From contig NZ_JABEMC010000004.1 in the NCBI RefSeq assembly GCF_013004595.1, positions 124,001 to 188,000 of the forward strand: a DNA stretch of 64,000 nucleotides, in the 5' to 3' direction. The position numbers and the translations under genes are program-made. Below the pieces are notes generated by a model. The model did not search any database, was not told where the DNA came from, and saw only the letters and a list, made by a program, of their open reading frames with translations. Below, piece after piece: positions 53,148 through 64,000 of this stretch (positions are counted from its first letter, which is position 1; every line of letters begins with the position of its first letter). The DNA is from Brevibacterium luteolum (GTDB taxonomy: Bacteria > Actinomycetota > Actinomycetes > Actinomycetales > Brevibacteriaceae).

Positions 53148-53201
53148 CTTTTCCTCCTGTCTCCGCGCAGGCTGGGGAATTCCTGCCTGCGGGCTGGGAA
53201 A

Positions 53202-53217
53202 TCTACCTGCAAGTAGA
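53202..53217. promoter_or_regulatory. Candidate BlaI-family operator at the cydA promoter
   Basis: TCTAC-N6-GTAGA overlapping a TACTCT -10 on the minus strand. Confidence 0.5.
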
Positions 53218-53467
53218 GTATCGGCTTGGCCGCGCTAGCGTTCGAAAGCCCACATCGCACGCCCTGCCGTCTCATTAGCTGAACTGTGCGCGAGACGGGC
53301 CCGAAGCGCTCGCTGGCGAGATTTTCCTTGACCCTGCTGTGCCCCTGAGCTTTACTGGGAGGTGGCCTGAAACGGACACGCCGTATTGGACTATGTCAGG
53401 TGCTCATCAATATCAGCACTAAACTGTTGCTAAAAGCAGGCGAAACCACGACAGGGAGAGTACGTAG

Positions 53468-53827
53468 GTGGCAACTCTGGGTGAACTCGAGCGCAGTGTC
53501 ATGAATGCGCTGTGGAACTCAGTCGACGGGATGACCGCTGCCGAGCTCCGGATCGCGCTGGCTGACCGCGACCTCGCGCTGACGACCGTGCATACGGTTC
53601 TCACGCGCCTGGAGAAGAAGGGCTTCGCTCGTCGAGACCGCTCCGAGCGCCCGCACCGCTATCTTGCGCTCTCCACTCGCGAGGAGCACGTCGCCGAGCT
53701 CATGAATGAGGTCCTCGACCAGGCGTCGGACCGCCAGGCTGTGCTCGCGCGCTTCCTCGGCACTGTCTCCGATTCCGACACGGCATTCCTCAGCCGGCTC
53801 CTCCAGCGCCGCGGCGCCGACAGCTGA
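53468..53827 (+). CDS. BlaI/MecI/CopY family transcriptional repressor
   Basis: LGELERSVMNALW, LALTTVHTVLTRLEKKG. Confidence 0.93.
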   Translation: MATLGELERSVMNALWNSVDGMTAAELRIALADRDLALTTVHTVLTRLEKKGFARRDRSERPHRYLALSTREEHVAELMNEVLDQASDRQAVLARFLGTVSDSDTAFLSRLLQRRGADS

Positions 53828-53843
53828 CAGTCCCACTTCCCTG

Positions 53844-54725
53844 ATGCTCTTCAGCGCAGTGCTGCTCACAGCGCTCGCGGTAGTCCTTGCCTGGCCGATC
53901 CCCCGGCTCTTCGCCCGTTACCCCGGAAGCCGTGACCCGGCGGCGCGTCTGCTGCTGTGGCAGGCCATCGGCCTGGCCGGCGGGCTGTCGCTGACGTCGG
54001 CGGTCCTCATCCTCGCATTCATGCCCTTCACCCGAACCCCGGGACCGGCAGATGAGCGCAGCCTCAGCGCTCTCAGCTGGTGGAACTGGCTGCTCGTCGG
54101 CCTGGGGGTTGCACTGCTGCTGCGTCTGCTCAGCAGCTTGGTGATCCACTGGATCAGGGTGCGGCGTCAGCGTCGTCGGCATGCGGAACTTGTCGCGGTG
54201 CTCACCGAGCCGTCGCAGGAGCTGCCGAATACGAGGATCCTCAAGGTCGATGAGCTCGTCGCCTACTGCCTGCCGCAGGGCCAACACGGCACCACGGTGC
54301 TCTCAACGGGATTGATCGCCGCCCTCAGCCCTGCTGAACGCGATGCTGTCGTCGCGCATGAGCGCGCCCACCTGCGCAGCCGACACGAACTCGTCGTGCT
54401 GCCCTTCGCCGCTTGGCAGCATGCACTTCCCTTTCTGCCGGCCGCGCGCCAGGCGCTCGACCAGGTGACCCGGCTCATCGAGGTGATGGCCGATGATGTG
54501 GCCCGCCGCGAGGTGCCGGCTGATGACCTTGCGGCCGCTGTCCGGGAGATGAGCCGCATGCAGGCCGGACATTACAGCCGGACTCTGAGCGCTGAGCGGC
54601 TCGCCCGGTTGGAGCATCCGCTGCCGCAGCCGTCTGGGGCGCTGCGCTCGGCAGTCGTCATCGTCTCGGCAGCGCTGGTCGTCAGTCCGCCGGTGGTCGC
54701 GCTGGTCGAACTGCTCAGCGTCTGA
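53844..54725 (+). CDS. M56 (BlaR-like) membrane metallopeptidase
   Basis: TMs, AYCLP, HERAHL zinc motif, E.MADD; no penicillin-binding sensor domain. Confidence 0.9.
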   Translation: MLFSAVLLTALAVVLAWPIPRLFARYPGSRDPAARLLLWQAIGLAGGLSLTSAVLILAFMPFTRTPGPADERSLSALSWWNWLLVGLGVALLLRLLSSLVIHWIRVRRQRRRHAELVAVLTEPSQELPNTRILKVDELVAYCLPQGQHGTTVLSTGLIAALSPAERDAVVAHERAHLRSRHELVVLPFAAWQHALPFLPAARQALDQVTRLIEVMADDVARREVPADDLAAAVREMSRMQAGHYSRTLSAERLARLEHPLPQPSGALRSAVVIVSAALVVSPPVVALVELLSV

Positions 54726-54735
54726 GCAGCCGTGA

Positions 54736-56856
54736 TCAGGCGTCGATCTTCTCGGCGTCGAGGACTGCGGCACCGGAGACGATGAACTGCTTGCGGGGTG
54801 CGACCTCAGAGCCCATCAGCAGTCCAAACGTCGTCTCCGCGGCTTCTGCATCGGCCATCGTCACACGCCTGAGCGAACGCAGCTGCGGATCCATCGTCGT
54901 CTCGGCCAGCTGGTCGGCGTCCATCTCGCCCAAGCCCTTGTATCGCTGAGGGGTCTTGTACGCCTTCTTCAACCGGTCGAGCTTGCGCAGCTCGCGGGTG
55001 AGCTCCTTCTCCGAATACGTGTAGATGTAGTCGTTGGCCTTGCCGCGGTTGATCACCTCGATGCGGTGCAGCGGCGGCACGGCGGCGTAGACGCGGCCGG
55101 CCTCGACGAGCGGGCGCATGTAGCGGAAGAACAGCGTCAGCAGCAACGTGCGGATGTGCGCGCCGTCGACGTCGGCGTCGGTCATGATGATGATCTTGCC
55201 GTAGCGGGCGGCATCGACGTCGAAGGTGCGGCCGGTGCCGGCGCCGATCACCTGGATGAGGGCCGAGCATTCGACGTTGGCAAGCATGTCACCGACCGAA
55301 GCCTTCTGCACGTTGAGGATCTTGCCGCGGATGGGGAACAGCGCCTGGAACTCAGAGTCCCGGGCCTGCTTGGCGGTGCCCATCGCCGAGTCACCCTCGA
55401 CGATGAACAGCTCGGATCGGTCGAGGTCGTTCTTGCGGCAGTCGTAGAGCTTGGCGGGCAGGGACGAGGATTCCAGCGCAGTCTTGCGCCGCTGATTCTC
55501 CTTGTGCGTGCGCGCCGAGATCCGGGACTTCATCTCGGAGACGACCTTCTCCATCAGCAGCATCGCCTGCTGCTTCTGCGGGCGCTTCGTCGAGGTCAGG
55601 ATCTCCCCGAGCTGCCGGTCGACGGCCCGGGCCACGATCTGACGCACGGCCGAGGTGCCGAGCACCTCCTTCGTCTGGCCCTCGAACTGCGGTTCGGCCA
55701 TCCGCACCGTGACGACAGCTGTCAGGCCGGCGAGCACATCGTCCTTCTCCAGCTTGTCTTTGCCGACCTTGAGCTTGCGGGCGTTGGCCTCCACGGCCTT
55801 GCGCACGGTGCGCAGCAACGCGGTTTCGAAGCCGGCGACGTGGGTGCCGCCCTTGGGTGTCGCGATAATGTTGACGAAGCTCTTGACCCGGGTCTCGTAG
55901 TCCCGGCCCCAGCGCAGCGCGATGTCGACGCCGATCTCGCGTTCGACTTCGGTCGAGACCATATGGCCCTGATCGTCGAGGACGGGCACGGTCTCCTTGA
56001 AGGTCTCCGAACCTGTCAGCCGCCAGGTGTCGGTCAGCGCTTCGTCATGGGCGAGGTGGTCGACGAACTCGGAGATGCCGCCGTCGAAGCGGAACTCCTC
56101 GGCCCGGGATTCGATGATCTCGCCGGTCTCGTCGCGGGCGATCCCCCGGTTGTCGGTCACGCGGATCGCCAGGCCCGGAACGAGGAACGCCGTCTGGCGG
56201 GCGCGGTCGATGAGCGCGCCGTAGGTGAAGTCGGCGTCCTTGAGGAAGATTTGCGGGTCAGCCCAGTAGCGCACGCGGGTGCCGGTCGCGCCGCGCTTGG
56301 CCTTGCCGACGATGTCGAGTTCGGAGGCCTTCTTGAAGGGGGTGAAGGGGTTGTCCGGGGACGGCTCGCCGCTGCTGTCATCGAAGCGGCCGGGCTTGCC
56401 GCGCTGAAACGACATCCGGTAGATCTTCGAGGCACGGGTGACCTCGACGTCGAGACGCGCCGAAAGTGCGTTGACGACGGAGGCGCCGACACCGTGCAGT
56501 CCGCCGACGGCAGCGTAGGATCCGCCGCCGAACTTCCCGCCGGCGTGCAGCTTCGTCATGACGACCTCAACGCCGGTCAGCCCGGTCTTGGGTTCGATGT
56601 CGACGGGGATGCCGCGGCCGTTGTCGGCGACGGTGACGGAACCATCCGGGTGCAAGGTGATGTCGATGTCCTCGCCGTGGCCGCCGAGGGCCTCGTCGAC
56701 GGAGTTGTCGATGATCTCCCACAGGCAGTGCATGAGCCCGCGCGAATCGGTCGAGCCGATGTACATTCCCGGGCGTTTGCGCACGGCATCAAGCCCTTCG
56801 AGGACGGAGAGCTGACGCGCTCCGTATTCCTTGTCCGAGGCCTTCTTGACTGCCAC
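54736..56856 (-). CDS. parE: Type IIA topoisomerase subunit B (topo IV ParE-like)
   Basis: AVRKRPGMYIG, EIIDNSVDE, LHAGGKF, VEGDSA, TDADVDG, RYKGLGEM; not in the dnaA/gyrA context. Confidence 0.9.
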   Translation of the reverse strand: MAVKKASDKEYGARQLSVLEGLDAVRKRPGMYIGSTDSRGLMHCLWEIIDNSVDEALGGHGEDIDITLHPDGSVTVADNGRGIPVDIEPKTGLTGVEVVMTKLHAGGKFGGGSYAAVGGLHGVGASVVNALSARLDVEVTRASKIYRMSFQRGKPGRFDDSSGEPSPDNPFTPFKKASELDIVGKAKRGATGTRVRYWADPQIFLKDADFTYGALIDRARQTAFLVPGLAIRVTDNRGIARDETGEIIESRAEEFRFDGGISEFVDHLAHDEALTDTWRLTGSETFKETVPVLDDQGHMVSTEVEREIGVDIALRWGRDYETRVKSFVNIIATPKGGTHVAGFETALLRTVRKAVEANARKLKVGKDKLEKDDVLAGLTAVVTVRMAEPQFEGQTKEVLGTSAVRQIVARAVDRQLGEILTSTKRPQKQQAMLLMEKVVSEMKSRISARTHKENQRRKTALESSSLPAKLYDCRKNDLDRSELFIVEGDSAMGTAKQARDSEFQALFPIRGKILNVQKASVGDMLANVECSALIQVIGAGTGRTFDVDAARYGKIIIMTDADVDGAHIRTLLLTLFFRYMRPLVEAGRVYAAVPPLHRIEVINRGKANDYIYTYSEKELTRELRKLDRLKKAYKTPQRYKGLGEMDADQLAETTMDPQLRSLRRVTMADAEAAETTFGLLMGSEVAPRKQFIVSGAAVLDAEKIDA

Positions 56857-56988
56857 GCTTCCACCCTTTCGTCGTCGCTGGTGCTCTGCGGTCACGGCGT
56901 GCCGCCATCAGAGTCTATGCGCTCAAGCGGCCGATCGCCTGCTGCCATGCCGTGCACCGCAGGATCGGCGCTCCGCTACGCTGGACGA

Positions 56989-57846
56989 GTGATGACCTCC
57001 CCTCCCCTGGCGCGAGCGACCGGCGCAGTGTCAGCCGTGCTGCTCAGCGCTGGCATTCTGCTCACCGGCTGCGGCAGCGACCCAGCCTCGGCGCCCGAGA
57101 CGCCAGCCACCTCGGCGCCGGTGACGACGCCGGTGGCAGGCGAGACGGTCGGCTCCGGCTCGCCGAGCCCGTCTGCGACTCCGGAGGTGCTCGACGGTCT
57201 CACGATTGCGCTGGATCCCGGCCACAACGGCAAGAACAGCAGGAACCCCTCGGAGATCAACCGCAAGGTGCCCGACGGCAGGGGCGGCACGAAAGCCTGC
57301 AACACCACCGGTACCGCCACGGCCGGTGACTATCCGGAGCACGCCTTCACCTTCGACGTCGCAGAACGTGCCAAGCAGCTGCTCGAAGACGCCGGCGCCG
57401 AGGTGGTGATGTCGCGTTCCGATGATGACGGCGTCGGCCCGTGCGTCGATGAGCGCGGCCAGTTCGCCGGTGAGGCTGATGCCGATGCGCTCGTGAGCAT
57501 CCATGCCAACGGCACCGAAGACACCTCGGCCAAGGGATTCCATGTCATTGTCGCCGACGATGCCGTCCACGACGGTGTCGAGGAGCCCAGCCGGGCCATC
57601 GCCGAGCAGATGGTGACCTCATTCGAAGATGCCGAGTTCGCTCCGAATCCCGCCTACGGCAAGGACGGGATCGTCGCCCGCACCGACATCGCCGGGCTCA
57701 ACCACGCCGAGGTGCCGGCGGTGATGATCGAATGCGGTGAGATGCGCAACCGGGACGAAGCCAAGCTCATGGAGTCCGAAGATGGCCGGCAGCGCTACGC
57801 CGAGGCGATTGTCACCGGGCTCGAAGACTACTTCGCCCAGCAGTGA
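56989..57846 (+). CDS. N-acetylmuramoyl-L-alanine amidase (Amidase_3) lipoprotein
   Basis: Lipobox LTGC, LDPGHNG, CNTTG, VSIHAN, MIECGEM. Confidence 0.9.
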   Translation: MMTSPPLARATGAVSAVLLSAGILLTGCGSDPASAPETPATSAPVTTPVAGETVGSGSPSPSATPEVLDGLTIALDPGHNGKNSRNPSEINRKVPDGRGGTKACNTTGTATAGDYPEHAFTFDVAERAKQLLEDAGAEVVMSRSDDDGVGPCVDERGQFAGEADADALVSIHANGTEDTSAKGFHVIVADDAVHDGVEEPSRAIAEQMVTSFEDAEFAPNPAYGKDGIVARTDIAGLNHAEVPAVMIECGEMRNRDEAKLMESEDGRQRYAEAIVTGLEDYFAQQ

Positions 57847-57883
57847 CACCGAGAGCCGGGCGGACGTCGGGTCGCTGATGACA

Positions 57884-57913
57884 GGAGCCGGGTCCCAGAG
57901 GGAACCCGGCTCC
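57884..57913. terminator. Hairpin between convergent amidase and sigA genes
   Basis: GGAGCCGGGT...ACCCGGCTCC stem. Confidence 0.72.
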
Positions 57914-57933
57914 GTGCATCTCTGTCCGATGTG

Positions 57934-59595
<1,662 letters not shown>

Positions 59596-59831
59596 TGGAT
59601 CACCTTTCGGAGGAGTCGTGTCTGGCCCAGCTGACACTCTTCGAGCATCAGTAAGACCCTTGTCAAGCAGGGCGAGCCTGTGGACAGCTCGTCCGCCTGA
59701 CCGGGTCAACACGCCATTCTGGCACGATATTCCCCACTGCGCTAATCACACGCACGCAGCGGACCGATTGACAAGACCTCTTCCAGGTGATGTCTGCCAC
59801 ACCACCTGGCAGGCGCGGCTGATCCGACAGT

Positions 59832-61115
59832 TCAGCCCTCCAGCACGGGAGGATCATCTCTGTCGAACGAAAGCTCCTGCGGCTCAGGCTCCTTGCGGGG
59901 CGGCAGTGCCGCAACAGGGGCGGATCCGGATCTCAACGTCGCAGGCTCATCACCCAGGATCTGTTCGGGCACCGGTTCATGCGCCCACAGCGGCAGCGTG
60001 GGCGTCATGACCGCTCGGGAGACGAGCCTGGCGAGCGTGCACGTGCTGTCGATGGTCAGCGCATTGCGGGCGAAGCACAAGGCGAAAGATGCACGCCCGA
60101 TCGACCATTCCATCCAGGCGATCATCGACAGCACCGCAGGCAGGTGCTCCATCCGCACGTAGGTGGCCATCATCTTGAGCAGCAGGATCCCGTAGGCGGA
60201 CGCGCGGGCGTTCGGTCGCCGTGAGCTCAAGCCCGGCAGCTCGGCGGTAGCTTCCGCCAGCGGGGCGACCGCCTCGGCGTAGGCGGCGAACTCGCCAAGT
60301 TCCAGGCGCCGCATGTCCTCGGGCAGAAACGCGCTGTGTTCGAAGCTCACGAGCATCAGCACCGCATCGCGACCCCACTTCTCCTGACACAGAGCCTCCA
60401 GTCCGAGCACCGCCTTCGGATCCGGAGCCGGAAGCGTGTTGAGGCTGTGCTGCTGACCGGATTCGATGAGCTCGGCATAGCGCAGCACCTCAGCCAGCCA
60501 CGCCTCGAACAGCTCATCCCGATCGTGGGTCACTCCCCGGGTGCCGGTGATGACGCTCTCGAGGGCCAGGTCGCATTCCGGCAGGGCGGTGGCGGCTGAG
60601 AAGCTTGCGAAGGGGTCACCGTTGGCGCGGCTGAGCTGGCGGAAGGACTGGGTGCGCTCAAGCTCGCAGACCGTCCCCGAGCGCATGCCCGCTGTGAAGG
60701 AGCCGTACCCGAGCTGTGAGACCCACCATGCGCTGTGGGCGGTGAAGCCGGTGCACTCCAGTGCTTCGCCGATGAGCTTCAGGGGCACCGCATAGTGATC
60801 GAAGACATTGTCGAGCAGATCATCTGCCCAGCGCGCTCGCGCCGCTCCGTCCATGTCAGCGGAGAAGAGCACCGGGATGACGTACTGCGATGCCGAGACC
60901 CGGGCTAAGGCACAGACCGGTTCGAGCAGGTCCGTCTCGGTAGCAGCGGCGACGGCCTCGAAACCGAAGTCGATGCGCAGGGCCGGACCGAAGCTGATGC
61001 GTCCGCAGTCATGGTCGTAGCTGACCAGCACCAGGGACTCGGTCGGCTGATAGGTCAGCAGGTGCGGGACCGCGCTGATGAGTTCAGGGGCGAGGTGTTC
61101 AGGAGCAGCATTCAT
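59832..61115 (-). CDS. DUF4192 family protein
   Basis: LISAVPHLLTYQPTESLV, LRID, RDAVL, AWMEW..G..A; typical position beside sigA. Confidence 0.75.
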   Translation of the reverse strand: MNAAPEHLAPELISAVPHLLTYQPTESLVLVSYDHDCGRISFGPALRIDFGFEAVAAATETDLLEPVCALARVSASQYVIPVLFSADMDGAARARWADDLLDNVFDHYAVPLKLIGEALECTGFTAHSAWWVSQLGYGSFTAGMRSGTVCELERTQSFRQLSRANGDPFASFSAATALPECDLALESVITGTRGVTHDRDELFEAWLAEVLRYAELIESGQQHSLNTLPAPDPKAVLGLEALCQEKWGRDAVLMLVSFEHSAFLPEDMRRLELGEFAAYAEAVAPLAEATAELPGLSSRRPNARASAYGILLLKMMATYVRMEHLPAVLSMIAWMEWSIGRASFALCFARNALTIDSTCTLARLVSRAVMTPTLPLWAHEPVPEQILGDEPATLRSGSAPVAALPPRKEPEPQELSFDRDDPPVLEG

Positions 61116-61254
61116 GTCCTCACTGTGTGCCGTGCCGCCGCTGCGGGCAGCGGGCCGTGCCCCGGCTGTGGACAGCGGCAGGCTGTGCACACCGACGCCG
61201 ACCAGTCGTGCCCGGCTGGCGTGCAGCAGTCGCCGGCAGTCTACAGTAAGGCGC

Positions 61255-62064
61255 ATGGGACGCAGACGGGCCAGGGACGAGGCACAGCAGCGCGAGTACG
61301 TCATCTCCACCGGCACCGCACGCATCGAACCGGTGCCAGCCGAACCCGATTCGTGGGTCCTCTACGTCAACGGCGTGCCGAGCTCGTGCATCACGCTCAG
61401 CGACCCGACCCGCCTGGACTTCGAGTACCTCGACTGGATGGCCCGCGCGATCGATGCGCTCTTCGGCACAGGTCAGACCCTGCGTGCTGTGCACATCGGG
61501 GCGGCCGGCTGCTCGCTGGCCCGCTACATCGACGCGACCCGGCCCGGGTCCCGGCAGACCGCCATCGACATCGACCAGAAGCTCCTCGAATACGTCCGCG
61601 AGTGGTTCGACCTGCCCCGCTCCCCTGCGCTCAAGCTGCGCGCAGGCGACGGTGCGGTCGAGATCGCCACGTTTCGCGACGACGCCCTCAGCCTCGTCGT
61701 CCGTGACGCGTTCAGCGCCGATGAGACGCCGGGCCAGCTTGCCGACGACACGTTCTTCTCCCATGCCGCGCGCACGCTTGGACCCAAGGGCATCTACCTC
61801 GCCAACATCGCCGACTGTCCCCCGCACGCCAGCGCCCGCGGAGAGCTGACACGGATGCGGCAGCACTTTGCGCACATCGTGCTCATCGCCGATCCCAGCC
61901 AGCTGCGCGGCCGGCGATTCGGCAATCTCATCGCCCTCGCCTCGGGAACGGACATCGACGACATCGCACTGGCCAAGACGCTGCGCGCCGGCCCTGCCGT
62001 CGCCTCGGTGCTGGCGGGCCGGAAGCTCGCTGACTTCTGCGGATGGCCGGCAACAGGCAGGTGA
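61255..62064 (+). CDS. Spermidine synthase-like SAM-dependent methyltransferase
   Basis: VNGVPSS, LDFEY..W, HIGAAGCSL, DID, RDAF, GRRFGN. Confidence 0.82.
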   Translation: MGRRRARDEAQQREYVISTGTARIEPVPAEPDSWVLYVNGVPSSCITLSDPTRLDFEYLDWMARAIDALFGTGQTLRAVHIGAAGCSLARYIDATRPGSRQTAIDIDQKLLEYVREWFDLPRSPALKLRAGDGAVEIATFRDDALSLVVRDAFSADETPGQLADDTFFSHAARTLGPKGIYLANIADCPPHASARGELTRMRQHFAHIVLIADPSQLRGRRFGNLIALASGTDIDDIALAKTLRAGPAVASVLAGRKLADFCGWPATGR

Positions 62065-62154
62065 ACTCCTCCTCAATTCTGTGCAGCCGACATGCCTGTG
62101 GTGACGGGGGCGTAAGAACACGGCATAATTGATTGCCGACCAGAAAGGCGGAAG

Positions 62155-64000
62155 GTGAGCGAAGAGACCGAGATCAGCCACGAACAGCAGCACCTCAACA
62201 CCGTCTACGCGCGTCTCGACGCGTTGCGTGAGGAGACCGCTGCCAGCCTTAACCACGTGCGCCGGACGCATGTCGGGGGCAACCACCAGAACCGTTCCGA
62301 ACGCGATGCCTTCGCAAGCATGTATGAGGATCAGCTCATCCGCCTGCGCAATGCCGAAGAGGGGCTGTGCTTCGGCCGCATCGACACCGTCACCGGCGCC
62401 ACAACCTACATCGGGCGCATCGGGATCTCCGCTCAGGACCGCACCCAGCTGCTGATGGACTGGCGGGCCCCGGCCAGCGAGCCGTTCTACCGCGCGACTG
62501 CCGAGAACCCAGGTGACCTCACCCGCCGCCGGCACATCGCTACGCGACGCCGCCGAGTCATCAGCGTCGAGGACGATGTCCTCGACCTGTCGGCGCTCAG
62601 TGCCCAGCAGCGCGCCGGGCTGCACGGCGAAGGCGCTCTCATCGCCTCCCTCGACGCCCATCGCACCGGCCGGATGGGCGACATCGTCGCAACTATCCAG
62701 TCCGAACAGGACCGCATCATCCGCCGTCCCCTCGATCGGCTCGTGGTCGTACAGGGCGGACCGGGGACCGGCAAGACCGCAGTCGCGCTGCACCGCGCGG
62801 CCTACCTGCTGTACCAGCACCGGGAGCGCATCGCAAAATCCGGTGTGCTGCTCATCGGGCCCTCGCCGGTATTCCTCAAGTACATCGAGCAGGTGCTGCC
62901 CAGCCTCGGTGAGACCGGTGCCGTGCTGCTGACCCCCGGTCAGCTCATGCCCGAGGTCAACGCCACCGCCCACGACACCGCGCCAACGGCTGCGGTCAAG
63001 GGCGACCTGCGGATGGTTGAGGTCATCAAGCGGGCGGTGCGCGCCTACCAGCGGGTGCCCGACGAGCCGCAGCAGCTCAAGACGATCAGCCACACGATCA
63101 CCATGACCCCGGCGATGGTCAAGGAGGCCCAAGACCGGGCACGCCGCAGCGGCAAGCCGCACAACGGGGCGCGCCTGACCTTCGTCAAGCATCTGCTCAG
63201 CCTCCTCGCCGGAGCGCTGGCAGCTGCCAAGCACTACGAGCCCACGCCCGAGGTGCTCGCTGAGCTGACCGACGAGCTGCGCCGGGCCCGCGACGTGCGG
63301 GTGGCGATCAACCTGTGCTGGCTGCCGCTGAGCCCGCGCGGAGTGCTCGATGCCCTGCTGAGCAAGCCGCACCGGCTGGTGCCTGCCGCCGATGGGATCC
63401 TCCGTATCGAGGAGATGGCCCTCATCCGCCGTGCCCGCGGCGGGAAGATCACCGTTGAGGATGTGCCGCTGCTCGACGAGATCGCTGAGCTCATCGGGCC
63501 CAGCAGCGAGGTGCTCGAAGCCCAGGAGCAGGCCGGCACCCCGAATGCGGAGCTGGAGTACGCCCAGGCGGTCCTTGAGATGACCGGCACGGGTGACATG
63601 GTCTCAGCCGAGACGATCTCCCAGCGCTACCAGCAGGACACCGATGAGCGCACGCTGGCCGAACGGGCCGCGCAGGACCGGGAGTGGACCTACGGTCACC
63701 TCGTGGTCGACGAGGCGCAGGAGCTCAGCCCCATGCAGTGGCGGGTGCTGTTCCGGCGGGTGCCGAGCAAATCGGCGACAGTCGTCGGCGATCTTGCCCA
63801 GGCGTCGACGATGGATGCGACCCGCACCTGGTCCTCGGTGCTAGCCCCGCATGTCGGCGATCGCTTCGAGATGGAGGAGCTGACGGTCTCCTACCGGACG
63901 CCCGGACGCATCATGACGGTGGCCAACGAGCTGCTGCAGGAGTACTTCCCGCAGCTCTCCGTGCCTTCACCGGTGCGTGAGGGCACCTATGATCCGCTGG
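62155..64000 (+). CDS. helD: HelD family RNA-polymerase-binding UvrD-like ATPase (partial, runs off the window)
   Basis: Own translation from GTG 62155: LCFGRID, YIGRIG, DWRAP, IVATIQSEQD, GGPGTGKT, VVDEAQELS, VGDLAQ, YRTP; absent from the ORF track because there is no stop in the window. Confidence 0.9.
   Translation, partial: MSEETEISHEQQHLNTVYARLDALREETAASLNHVRRTHVGGNHQNRSERDAFASMYEDQLIRLRNAEEGLCFGRIDTVTGATTYIGRIGISAQDRTQLLMDWRAPASEPFYRATAENPGDLTRRRHIATRRRRVISVEDDVLDLSALSAQQRAGLHGEGALIASLDAHRTGRMGDIVATIQSEQDRIIRRPLDRLVVVQGGPGTGKTAVALHRAAYLLYQHRERIAKSGVLLIGPSPVFLKYIEQVLPSLGETGAVLLTPGQLMPEVNATAHDTAPTAAVKGDLRMVEVIKRAVRAYQRVPDEPQQLKTISHTITMTPAMVKEAQDRARRSGKPHNGARLTFVKHLLSLLAGALAAAKHYEPTPEVLAELTDELRRARDVRVAINLCWLPLSPRGVLDALLSKPHRLVPAADGILRIEEMALIRRARGGKITVEDVPLLDEIAELIGPSSEVLEAQEQAGTPNAELEYAQAVLEMTGTGDMVSAETISQRYQQDTDERTLAERAAQDREWTYGHLVVDEAQELSPMQWRVLFRRVPSKSATVVGDLAQASTMDATRTWSSVLAPHVGDRFEMEELTVSYRTPGRIMTVANELLQEYFPQLSVPSPVREGTYDPL

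Noticed and set aside
54736..56856. Topoisomerase B subunit without an adjacent A subunit as a novel system
   Set aside because: Separated parE and parC genes are ordinary in Actinobacteria

Overview
High-GC actinobacterial chromosome segment; gene content and order suggest Micrococcales, probably Brevibacterium-like (inference). Most of the window is conserved core genome: glyQS, deaD, uppS-recO, leuA, mdh, msrB, hemE-hemY-hemQ, DUF3000-rnd, dxs, acnA, a TrmA-type methyltransferase, an APC permease with a TrkA pair, DUF3710-dut-DUF3093-DUF4193, hemH, sepH, cydAB plus a fused cydDC, parE, sigA, DUF4192 and a partial helD. I see no rRNA, tRNA, CRISPR, IS or prophage. The most notable accessory elements are: (1) a probable organophosphate uptake/hydrolysis locus at 2954-9416 (GntR-UTRA regulator, DxN-variant HAD phosphatase, ABC importer, cytoplasmic alkaline-phosphatase-superfamily hydrolase) with a PhnF/DasR-type operator; (2) a single-chain MOSC + FAD/NAD reductase + 2Fe-2S protein; (3) a BlaI/M56 pair divergent from cytochrome bd with a candidate operator; (4) a TspO/HutD/flavin-reductase insert beside the heme genes. 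Cis elements read from the DNA include a leucine leader peptide before leuA, a perfect 24-bp palindrome before acnA, MprA-like direct repeats, many apparently leaderless promoters and several terminator hairpins. All functional calls rest on motif recognition by eye; no database search was run.
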